A stretch of DNA of 62,159 nt, taken from NCBI GenBank assembly GCA_003971905.1, contig RSEE01000124.1, forward strand, positions 124,001-186,159, read 5' to 3'. A program made the translations under genes and the position numbers. Origin of the DNA: Moniliella sp. 'wahieum'. Taxonomy: Eukaryota. The notes under the pieces were generated by a model that was not told the origin of the DNA, searched no databases, and saw only the letters and a list, made by a program, of their open reading frames with translations. Shown in pieces: positions 49,016 to 60,500 of this stretch (position 1 is its first letter; each line of letters starts with the position of its first letter).

Positions 49016-51034
49016 CTATCCATTCTCGTCGCCTTTGTTGATAAGTTCCCCCCCTCGGGCGCTATGCCTCATTAGTCGCTCGACATATGCCGCATCGTCT
49101 ACATGAATAGCTTTTGCATATAGCCAACCTGGCCACCTCCATGCCCAAACCTCCATACCCAGATTTGTGGGGCGACCTGGTCGGCCGGGTGTACATGTGC
49201 ATTTCATGGGCTGGCCAGTCGTTTCTTCTTGTGCTTCTTGGGAGCGGCAGGTTTGCGCTCCCCTTGTTCCTCCTCTGTCGTGTCCATCTCACCCGCTGCA
49301 ATGCGGGCGCGGTGCTTTTTGGTCATCCCCTGAAGCGCCTTGGGATGCTTGCTCGTCTTGCCGCCCCTCAAATGGGAAGGAAGCACGCCACTGGCTTCGC
49401 GGACATCTTGTCGCTTGGGCATGCTGTCGTAACTTTTTCCGGTCGCCCGACGAGGGTCCTTTCAACTCGTTCATCCACTCTGGCACCTCCTGCCCCGACT
49501 CGCGCATCACATTCACCACCATCTTGAGGTGCGGCGCATCGTCCGTGGTAAAAAACGTGATTGCATCACCACTTTGCCCTGCTCGACCCGTTCGACCGAT
49601 CCGATGAATGTACGTTTGGCTCGACTGGGGGAAATCGTAATTGATCACTGTCTTGATGCCCTGCAGGTCAATTCCACGCGCCAACACGTCGGTCGCGATC
49701 AGCGCCCAGGTTTGGCCAGCTTTGAGGTTATCGAGCGCGCGCTGCCGCTGTCCAGGGGTGCGGTGGGCATGCATCGTATCCACTCGCAAGCCATCGTAGA
49801 CCAAATTGTGAAACAAATGGTTGGCCCGCTCGTTGCTTTGCACAAAGAGCAACGCTGGTGGTTTGAGGCGACCTTGCTGGACCAAATTCCGCAGTGCAAG
49901 CAACTTGCCTTCTTCGGACCCAACAAATTCCAATGTCTGGCTGACATGCTCCGATGCGCCGTCCCGGTGGCCCACCGCGACACGCACAGGGTCGGTCGTA
50001 AAGCTCCGCGCTAACAACTCGGTCCCAGAAGGCAAGGTGGCACTGAACAGGGCCGTACGGCGGGCCGGGTGCGAGGTGGCAGCCAAAACGTCGTCCATTT
50101 GGGACAAAAGTTGTCCTCCAACAGCCGATCCGCTTCATCCAACACCAACAACTCCACCTCGCGCAAATCCACTTCTTCTTCCTGCACTGCACGTACCAAC
50201 CGTAGCGGCGTACTGATCAACACGTCGGGCGTCTTGACCCGGTGCGTCTGCTCAGCCTTGGACCGCGACATGTTCTCGCCCAACTGTTGGATCTTCCACC
50301 GCTTGGAGCCCTTGAGGTGCCCGTCCGTACCGTACGCAAGTACAACCAGGGTATCGTGGATCTGGGTCGCCAGCTCGCGCGTGGGAGCCACAACCAGCGC
50401 CCGCGCACCGCCCTTGTCCGTCTTGGGCCGGGGCGCACCGAGGAATGTAAGAGGGGAAGACAGTATGGCCAACGTTTTGCCCGACCCCGTAGGCATTGGC
50501 AAACACGTCCCGCCCCGAAAGTAGCGCTGCCATCGCGGCTTTCTGAATCGGGGTAGGTCGGAGCCAGCCATGCTGGACCACATGTCGCACGAGGGCCTTG
50601 TGTACGCCCCACCGTACGCTCAGCTCGTGCCAGGACACAAGCGGTGCAGGCGGGTCGCCCGACAACTTGAGCCGGTTGGCACGGCAGAAGGAAGCGACCG
50701 CATCAGGCGCCAGGGGACCCGAACCGTACTCGGGATCGTCAAATCCTTCGCCTGTATATGCCTCTTCGGGTTGCTCGCGTTTCCTCTTGCCCGTGTCCTT
50801 GGGCGCAGACTTGCCCTTGCTGCTCACCGATGCGAAGAAGTCAAGTTCGGGGGGGAGCGCGAGCGGCGCGGCAGCGGCGGCGGTGGCGGCGGGAGGCGGC
50901 TTGCTCGCGGCACTGGACGCAACGGGCGGGGTGCGCTTGGCCTGGCCGAACAGCTGCGCATCGGAGGAGAAGCGATTGGTGTCGAAGCGGATGCCGCCGC
51001 CGGCGGTGAGCGTGTGGAAGACGTCGGAGCTCAT
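49016..51034 (-). CDS. ROK1: ATP-dependent RNA helicase Rok1/DDX52, frameshifted; end uncertain (49016-49289)
   Basis: MSSDVFHTLTAGGGIRFD, PTPIQ, PTGSGKT, PTRELA, STPLRL, LDEADRL, FSAT, EEGKLLALR, PPALLFVQS, TDVLARGID, YIHRIGRTGRAG, VNVMRESGQEVPEWM. Confidence 0.94.
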
Positions 51035-51287
51035 CCTCCGCGCGATGGGTGGGATGGTGGGATGGGTGGGCTGCGTTGCTTGTTGAGGCGGAAAAAAAAG
51101 CGGAGGGCCCCCGCGACCAAAAAAAAAAAGGCTGACCTAAGCCTATAACCTGGGGTTGCACATTTCAATGCAAATCGTCACGTGCCACAGTTGCGGTCAC
51201 GTGCGGTTACATACACCACCCCTTCCGGCCTCCTGGGCCTGAATACGTCACTCGGCCCGGCCGCCGCCGCCGCGCTGCGCCGCCGCC
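51035..51287. promoter_or_regulatory. Short divergent promoter between ROK1 and DYN2, with two GTCACGTG E-boxes
   Basis: ~250 bp between opposed ATGs; GTCACGTG at 51177-51184 and 51196-51203; A-tracts near ROK1. Confidence 0.55.
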
Positions 51288-52154
51288 ATGACGACCGCCG
51301 TGCCCAGCATGTACGGCACCGCGCCGCCCGCGCCCCCACCGCCGCGCCCTCCCACTCCGACGCCCTCTCCGGCCCCGGCATTGCCGGCGTGGGCGCCGCC
51401 GGCTACCCGCCCCCACACCCCCACCCCCCACCGACGCGCCCCCATCGCCCGCACCCAGCCCAGCTCCGTGTACGGCCCCGCCCACGCCCCCTCCATCGCC
51501 ACCGCCATCCCCGGCACACACGCCACCGTCTATACCCACACCGCGCCTGGCCCCCCCTCCCCGCTGCCTTCACCGCGCCCCCCCCACCCACCACACACCG
51601 CCGTGCCCAGCATCGCCCGCCGGCTGCTCCCAGCATGGTGCCCACGCTCCCCGCCGGCCATTACCCACCCCTACTGCACCCTCCGTTGCCCCTCCCCCTA
51701 CCGCCAAGGCATCTGCCGTTGGCATTCCGGGCCTGCCTCCGCCCACCGGCGGCGTCGTCACCGCCCCACCCTCCGGGCCACGATCAAGAACGTTGACATG
51801 TCACCTGAGATGCAGACGGCGTGCGTGGACTTGGCCCTAGAAGCGTTGCAGTCCTACACACTCCCCAAAGACATGGCGGCCTTTACCAAGAAGAGTTTGG
51901 ATGCTCGCTATGGCCCTACCTGGCAGAGCATCGTGGGCATCAAGTATGGCTCCTATGTCACCCATGGTACGTCTGTGTCTGTTTTCCTTTAGGGCTAGCA
52001 CTGACAATCTTGCCCCCCGGGGTTGGCAGAGGTGCGGCACTTTATCTACTTTTGTATGTATCTTGTCCCGATCGCGCATCCTGCCACAGAGTACCGATGT
52101 ACTGACGCTGCTTCAGACTTGGGAGACTATGCGTTCCTTTTCTGGCGCGCTTAG
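51288..52154 (+). CDS. DYN2: Dynein light chain LC8 family protein with a Pro-rich N-terminal extension
   Basis: ATIKNVDMSPEMQ..KDMAAFTKKSLDARYGPTWQSIVG..GSYVTHE-VRHFIYFYLGDYAFLFWRA*. Introns 51967-52029 and 52054-52116 restore the frame. Confidence 0.92.
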
Positions 52155-52918
52155 TTGCTAGTTTCTTCTCAAAACTATTAAGGACTGAGGGGTTCGGTGC
52201 GACGGTGTGCTACGCTTGTTCATATCTGCACCTATACGACACCTGCCCTCGTGTGCTCGCTTTGTCGGGGTGCAAGCCACCGCCCATCGAGCCTCGCTCT
52301 TTCTTCGTGGGGGGGGGTTGCAAGATCGTACGAACAGCTAGACGTTCTGGGCCGCTTGAATAGCTTGGTCCGAACCTGTCTTGTTTCCAGGAGGAACTTA
52401 TACTATATCGCTGTTCAACCACACCCCAACAAGGCTCTTTTGATAATCGAGTCTGGTAGTCAGGCATAAGACATGGGCTAGGCGAGCCAGGGGGTCTCCT
52501 TGACAATCCCTTCCATGGCGTTCCACCCATTCCCTCTCTCCTCTGCAGTGTTCCTCCCCGTCCTCCAACCCCGTCTCCCTGGGGAGGCCCGGAGCGTATG
52601 CCAGACTGGCTCCAGCATTACCGGTATGGTTTGTCTTCGCGATGTGGCTCCTCTCTGACAGTGAAATACTGCGAATCCCCAACGTACGCAAGACACACAT
52701 AATGGTACCCCTACTGACCACCTGATCCAAGGGGACGGTGGGTGCACAGTTTATATACAGCGGAGCATCTTCCATTTCAATCTGTTCTTTTTTTTAGAAG
52801 CCCATTGGCTGCATTAACGCTGCGCTTCATTCCAACCCCACTTGGAATCGCGATCCACTGCCCGCCATGAGCGTCGTCCTGGCTGGCGTGAGGACGTGGG
52901 CTCGCGTCGAGATCGGAT

Positions 52919-55278
52919 ATGGGACCGGTGGGAAGCGGGGCAATGGGCCTTGGGCTTGGTCGGGTGCTGTGTGGCGGCCGGGGCGCCAGCTTCACGCTTC
53001 GGCCTGCCGCTCCTTACCACGCAGCACGGCCAGCATTGCCGAGTCGGTGGAGGCGGTGCGACGGCACCCCGAGGCGGCGCGGCGCGGCGCGGTACGAGGA
53101 GACGCCGCGGGACGAGCTGGTGCGCCGGTTGGTTGCGCTCGAGCTTGCGCTCGAAGGGGTGGAGGAGAATGTGCGCGCGCGGCTCGAAGCCCAGCTCAAC
53201 ATCTCTAAAAAGGCCGCTTTGGCACGCAGCCCTCGCCCCGTCGGCCCCAACGCTCCTATGACGTTTTGGGTCAGCCGTGCCGGAAGATCGCGCTCCGGTT
53301 CAGCTACGACGGCGAGCCGTACTTGGGTCTTGCGGCCCAGGTCGGGCTCGACACTCTCATGCCCACCCCCTTTGGTCACCCGGCTCCACACGAGCTCGCG
53401 CCTGAAGATCTGGGTCCCGGCACCAACTCGGTCGAGGCGGTGCTCTGGCATGCTCTCTCCCGCCTCCGCCTCGTCGCCCCCGAGTACGGGATGCGCGGCG
53501 CCGACTTTTCCCGCTGCGGACGTACCGATCGCGGGGTGTCGGCGGCCACACAAGTGGTGAGCCTATGGGTACGAAGTAAAACAGTGGACGAGTGGGAAGC
53601 GCGCAAGGCTGAACGGCGCAAGTTCCGCCACGAAGACCAGCACGCCACCGATCCCATTATCAATCGCCGTCCTGCCCTCGATGCTGGGGAAGCCGATCGA
53701 ATTTGTTCCGGCCGAAGAGGAGCTGCCGTACATTGTCTCCCTCAACAACGTTTTGCCCCCTACTTCGTGTCACGGGCTGGTCTCCCGTTCGCCCTGATTT
53801 TAATGCGCGCTTCGATTGTCGGTACCGGCACTACAAGTACTTCTTTACCGATGGTGCGCCGCCGTCGTTGAGGGGGGTGGAGGGACACTCTATGCCCCCG
53901 GTCGGCACCATGCTGGGACCAAATTGGACATTGCCGCCATGCGCGACGCGGCCTCTCGGTTCTTGGGCGAACACGATTTTCGCAACTTGTGCCGTGTGGA
54001 TCCGACCAAGCAGACAAGCAACTTTCGTCGCCGCATTGATGGTATCAGCATCGATCCCGTCCAGTCCAATTGGCCTTGCGTCCGAGTCCGCAAGACGACA
54101 GACCCTCGACCCTGCCGTAGGGGCGTACCCTCCCTCGTTCGACGTATCTTCCGACCCCAACCGAGAACAGATGTACGTGCTCAACCTCCGTGGGTTGGCC
54201 TTCCTCTACCACCAAGTCCGCCACATGGTCGCCGTCTTGTTTATGGTGGGCACCGGCGTGGAGCAGCCCAGTGTGGTGGACGAACTGCTCAATGTGGAGA
54301 CTGGCGCCGTGGCAGCGGATCGGTTGGCAATGCGGATTGCTGGGTGGAACTTGGGCACCGATGCACCGCCCGGACATGCGGATCGGGTGACTATCCCGGG
54401 CTCCACGGCCACCAGCTTGGATGGCAAGGTAGCTACCGACGGGCCTCAGGACTACGAAGCAGTACAGCGGCGTAAGGAGGAAGCGCTTCGTGTGGTCGAA
54501 GCGCACCGTGCTGCCGTGCGCGCCGGGCAGAAGGGAGAGAACGGGGAGAACGAATTGCAAAAAGGGTTGGATGACCTGTACGATTCGCTGCCTGTCATTG
54601 ACAGTCGTCCCATCTACGAGCTGGCCAAGGGAGAGCCACTTCTTTTGTGGGACTGTGGATTCCGTGCTACTGATCTGCAATGGCGCACCGGCAGCGACGA
54701 TGCTCCCCTCTTGCCTCTGGCCCCGTCGGACGCGAGCAACCCGACCGATGGGTCGGATGTGCCTAACGAGATGGATTGGACCAGCATGGTGCGTGCCACA
54801 CGGGCCATGCAAGCCAAGCAACCAGACAAGGATGTCGCATGCCACATTCTTGCCCGCTACCTCCATGCAGAATGGACGCGCATGCGTATCAAGGCGGAGA
54901 TGTACCGGCATTTCGTCCTGGCTGCGCCTACGCCTTCGTCGGGCGGGTGGACGCCCGCCTCGACGCTCTACCACCAAGCCCGACAGCCCACGCTTATCCC
55001 TCCCCCCCCTCCCGACGAGATCCACAAGGGCGATACCTTTGTCGCGCTTGGGCACGGTACTTCGCGCCCGGGTCTGCCCAACTGGAAAAAAATCGCGACC
55101 CTACACCGGGAGGAATCCGCCTGAGGTGCGCAATGCCCGGTTCCGCATCAACAAGGGGTGGAAAGTGGAGCGAAGACGAGCGCGATCCAACGAGAAGTAT
55201 TCCCTGCCTTCGGTCGAGGACCCGGCAGCGAGCGCGGCAAACGAAACCAAGGAAGACCGTGACGGCCATGCAGAGTAA
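52919..55278 (+). CDS. DEG1: tRNA pseudouridine(38/39) synthase, TruA family, frameshifted; start approximate
   Basis: RKIALRFSYDG, FSRCGRTDRGVSA, FNARFDCRYRHYKYFF, FLGEHDFRNLCRVD, AFLYHQVRHMVAVLF. Confidence 0.93.
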
Positions 55279-55720
55279 TCTGACGGTCATGCAGAGTACA
55301 CTATACCGTACTGCTTGCTACCCCCCACTCACTCGTGAGTCGCGGATTTCCTTGAGCGAACGCGCATTCCAACTGGACCTCGATGGTCTATCCTGAGGGC
55401 ACCGGCCCACCACAGTCTTATGTCCGGGACTGTTGTACACGTCCAGAAACGGACCAAAAAGCAAGGTATGCTACGATGCTCAATATTCAGACAGGAAACG
55501 GGACAGAAAGATACACAAGTTGGTTGTACAAACACGCTACACTAGGGTACAACACGTTCTCTTTCGCGACGGTGGGTCGAGAGAGGCACCTGAAAAAAAC
55601 ACAGGTGGTACACAAAAGCCTTGTAGGTCATGGGAGACGTAGAGTTCCAACAAGAAAAAGGGGAGGGGAGGTAGAAGTGAGGTAGAACGGCCGTAGCTAC
55701 TGACGATGTTCGTTCGTGAC

Positions 55721-57242
55721 TTACTCGGGCCCCAAGATGCGGCGCCACCAGACAAACGCCACGGCGGACGCAGCGATCACACCCATTCCCAAGCCGAGAC
55801 CACACCCATGTCGGCCGCAGTGGGTGGACCAGGCGGGTGAGAACGGTGTCTGGCGCGACAGCGCCGGCGACGAGGAAAGTAGAAGAAGCAGCTTTGCCGC
55901 GCCCTGACAGAGAGGCAGAGGTGGAGTGGAAGGGGAATTGGACGCGGCATAGCCCCAGGGCGGACACCCAGGCTCAGATCGGTGGACGAGCGGAGCCGCG
56001 GAGAACCTGGCGTTCCAACCGGTACGACAGGGATCCGACAGAGCCACTGGAAACGTCGCCTTCGGCCGCTTCGAGTTCAGGAATGCCCAGCTCGGCGAGC
56101 GCAAGTGGGTCGGGGAAGACAAGGCCCAACGTGGCAGCATCCGTGGGAACGGAGGACGAATGGTCGTCCTCGCCTGCCGCGCCCGCGCATCGCCATCACT
56201 TTCCCCGTCATTCTCAGGGCGACCTAGAGGGGCTCGAGAGCGGTGGGTACGCGACGCGCCGTGATGACGGCGACGGGGGAACTGGGTGGCAGGGCTGTTG
56301 GGTGGCAGGGAGGGATACGAAGGATCCAACTCGTCCCGGATCGTTTCCAGATCAGCAAATGCCTCTGCGATCGCTTGCTGTAGTTGGTTGGGATCGTCCG
56401 AGCCAAGCGTGATGACCGGTCCGGCCGAGCGAGTAGCACCCCGGGGCTCGGAAGGAGGCAAGACAAGGGACTGATCCAACGGACTGAGCAGCGCCGAGCT
56501 AGCGGGGAAATCAGTGTCGCCCTCGACTTCGCTATCGGACAAGGTGCGCCACGGACCAATGGGAGTAACGCGAAGCGGGGTGCCGCCCTGATCGGTGGGT
56601 GGCAGTCGTGCGGGGCCGTAGGGGGTGGACCAGTGATGGGGATGGGCCAGAGAGCAGGGATGCACTTGGAGAGACAGACTTCGATGCGAGCCTGGTGGCC
56701 GCGGGGATGGGTGGAAGGGACAAAGGCATAGCTGCGCTCCGACGCCTGGCTCGCGGCCTCGTGTGGGCTGCTGCCACGCACGCTGCGACCGGGACTGGGG
56801 CTTAGGCTGGGACTGGGACTAGCACTGCCAGAGCTGTTGGTTCGACCGCGCGGGCCATGGGGGCCATGGCAGACCCGACCGCCGACGCCGACGCATCCAC
56901 GCCGCCACCGAGATGGAAGCGCAGGGAAGGGCGGCCGGCGCTGGGCGTGGCCGAGACCCAGTCGGGGCCACAGACGACAGAGACGGCGTCAGAAAGGGGG
57001 TGGACGAGGGGGACTGTGAACTGGAGGACGACGCATCGGGGGTCTGGCCGACCAGCGCAACGCCAGCGCCCGTGTCGGGGAGGATGAGGGCAGGGCTGAT
57101 GCGGGCAAGGGAGGGGCTGCTGCTGGAGGGGCTGGTGGCGACACCGAGGCTGCCGCTGCCGCTGGGGGAGCTGATGGAGGGCGGCGGAGGCGGCGTGCGC
57201 GGCGGCGTGAAGGGCGGCGGGGGCGGCGAGCGCATGGGCATG
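55721..57242 (-). CDS. Hypothetical Ser/Pro-rich protein with a C-terminal transmembrane anchor
   Basis: GCCATG start MPMRSPPPPPFTPP; low-complexity body; ends GLGLGMGVIAASAVAFVWWRRILGPE*. Confidence 0.6.
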
Positions 57243-57514
57243 GCGGTGGCAGTGGCGGTGGCGGTGGTAGTGCGGCGAGAGGGGCGGGCGGGCAGGAAGA
57301 GAGAGTGGCGCCGTGCTGATATCTGCGGTAGGATCTTATAGGGGCTCGCACTTTGCGGTGCGGTGCGTTGCGTTGCGTTGCTTTCTGATGGGCCAGTGGC
57401 TAGCAGCGGCATCGCTTGTATCTTGCATTCCCCGATCTGATCGGATCTGCCGGCGCCGGAGTAGCGCAGCGCAGCAGGCCGCCCCATCGATCCCCAGCAG
57501 ACGCACAGCAGCGG

Positions 57515-60500
57515 CTACGAGCATCCTACCAACCCCAGCGGCCCCAGCGCCCACACAGACAACATGCAGCAATCACAATTGACGCCCCGCCTGGGCTGCC
57601 CCAACTCAACTGAAGAACGGCAGCTTGACTCGCCCGCCCTTGGGCGTCCTCGAGGCAGCGTGCGCGTCTCGCCGCTCCCGCCCCGACTCAGGGCCTGTGC
57701 CGCTCCGCGATCGGCCCGACGGGCGGTCAAGCGGGAGGCTGTGCGCGCTGGGCGTGCGTGGGTCGACCGACTTGTCTCGCCCCCTGGCTCCCGAGACCCA
57801 CGAGCATACGGCGCGCGTGAACTGTGGTACCCGCCAGTGTCCTTGGACCGCCCCTTGGCCTCCTCACGCTCACGCTTACGTTCACGTTCACGTTCACGCT
57901 CACGCTCACGCCACTCCCTCTCCTCCTCCTCCTCCTCCTCCTCTGAATCTTCCGACCGCCGACTGGGACCCCACGATCCGCCCTCGGACCGTGACCCCAG
58001 CGCGTCCTCGCGTGCGTCCCGCCCCGCACCCCCACGTCCTGCCAATCCGGCAGAGCCGAGAGCAGCTGGGCACGGAAGGCCGGCAAGAGTTTGCGTGTGT
58101 GGAGCAAGTTGGGTGGGGGGAAGGAGATGGAAGCTGGACTGTAGCGTAATTCGCCCACATCTTCTTCCGCCATCAAATGTTGTCCACATGGGTCCAAGTC
58201 GTCGAACCAGAGGTGCGGGTAAGTCTGCGCTTCTGTTCCGCGTGCTTCGGTGCGACACACACCATCGTCCATCCGAACCCCATTCGCCTTCATGAGGCGT
58301 TGCATCAGACGGTCAATGTCTTGGACTTCTTGTTGGAAACGAGGGTCGGGGGAAGCTGCGATTCGCCCAACAACGACCTTGTACCGCGTACTTCTTCTTC
58401 CTCTTCCTCCTCGTCATCGTGAGCAAACAAAAAGTCGCGCCGCACCTCCAACTCGCGCCGCACTTTTTGCCACAACGTCCAGGTTTGCAGATACTCAATC
58501 TCGCGCAGGATGCGTTTCGTGTCCTCGGGTTTGATCCGTTCGTCCGCCAACAGTGCCTCGACGTTCAACTCGATATTGGGCTTGGACCGGTCGGCTGGGT
58601 GGGCAGGATCAGAGGTACCGAGCGCCATGTAATCCGTAGCCAGTTGGATCCATTCCAAGATCGGTTGTGCGGCGGGGGTCAGTTCATGGACCAGGCCGTA
58701 TAGCGCGTCCTCGTGGCGCTTGCACAGCGCCACCCACGCTGCCGGGGAAGGGTCGGAAGATTGTCGGGTCGCCATCAGGTCATCCAAGAACGCTTGTAGG
58801 TCGTCGAGCCATTGACCTAGATCGGCATGGGCCAAGGCGAGCTTGAGCGCATCGTAAAATACATACTCGAGCGCATCTTTGATCAACGTGGGTACCAATG
58901 CGCGCCATTCGCCACTTCGAGTGCTTGTTGTCGATCGCGTAACCTCCGCGCCTCACGAAGCACAAGCTTCAGCAAGGCGAATTGCTGTGCCATCGTCTCC
59001 TCCTCACGAGTGAGACCGTCGGAAGTAGCGTATTCGGCAGCAGCGCGCGTCGCCGCAAATGCTTGTTTCGCCTCGGCATTGGCGCGAGAAGAATGACGGG
59101 CCGAGGTGGTCGGATAGGCGGCATCCAGGTGGCCCCGGTACTTGCTCATCCCAAAGCACCGTTGCATCTCTAACACATCGTCGGCATCGACCGGACTCAG
59201 CCCGCGCGTCGAAGTACCTTGCTTGCCAGCGTACCCGTGCCGCGGCGATTCCAGCAAGATGGTAGTTACCACATCGTCACCCGTGTCCAGTGTCTTTCGT
59301 TCGATCGCCAGACGCTCGACCCGGTCCGAATGGGAGACGTAGTCCAAGATCCGGTTGACAAGGGGTACTTGGTCCGTCAGCACGGCCGCCTTGAGTGGTG
59401 TCAACAAGTCCTTCTCGATCACTTCCATGTCCCGTTTGATCAGAAAGGCAGCGATCCGTTGGAGCAGGCTCTTGCTCCCGGCCGGCTTGGCGAGAAGGAG
59501 GCCAAGAAAGGACTGGACGATCAATTGGGGGTTGCTGTAGCGCAGCAACTGTTTGGTAGCCCACCAAGGGAAGAGGGTATGAATGCCCTTGATCACACGG
59601 AACGAAGCATTGGCCTCGGGCGAGGTGACAAAGGTAGTGTACAGGAACGTGGCCACTTCTTCACGCAAGTTCTCGGCTGCGTTGCGGAACCGACTGGGCA
59701 GGGCATCGAGCGAGGAAACATCCAAGTACCGCCACGCATCTTCCAGGCCATCTTCATGTTCCACCACATACTCTTTGAATGCACCGGCGTCGCGTCCGAT
59801 CCGAGCCGCTTCCTGCCCAGCCAACATTGGCGCGCGACCTCCGCCTCGATCGCTGGATCGCCCGACGCATTGCCCGTCGCTCCCGGGACAAATAGATCAT
59901 CAATCTGGGCAAGAAGATACGAGTCTACCTGGACCGGTTTGTCCATCCCGCGCTTCACCGTCCCCCGGCCCCACTCCTTACCTACGCCCCACTTCTCCGT
60001 CCCGGGCATCCCGGGACCCGGACCGCGCTGTTCGCCTTCGCCTCGAATCCCAATACCGCGGGAAAAGAACTTGGACAAGAGCGACACTCCTGACAGGGCC
60101 CAATACCGGCGCTGCGTCAACTCGGCCCGTTCGAGTGTCGTGCTAAAGTTGCGTGCGGCCAATTCGTCCATCAACACTTGGACCCGCGACTGCCAGAACT
60201 TGGTCGGCGCTGTATCCAGACCTGGGAGCGAGCGGAGGTGGGTTTGGAACAAGTGGCGCAGAATGACAGGTTGCGTGATGCGCTCGCTACCCCTCACTTG
60301 GCTTTCATCTTTTGGTACGCCATGCGGTGCATACGGGTCCTCGACCGGATCCACCGTCGTGTCCTTCGTGTACTCGTTGACCAGGTCCTTGCGTGCCCGT
60401 GTGAGTTCAGGACGTCGGGCCGAGAAGGGAGCGCCATAGACGGTCAATGTACTGAGCTTTTCCAGTTCACTCGCCTCGTGGGCCAATTGAAGTGAGACGA

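Noticed and set aside
59219..60439. Long antisense ORFs (also 54045-55055 and 13299-13985)
   Set aside because: They are shadow ORFs expected opposite GC-rich coding sequence.
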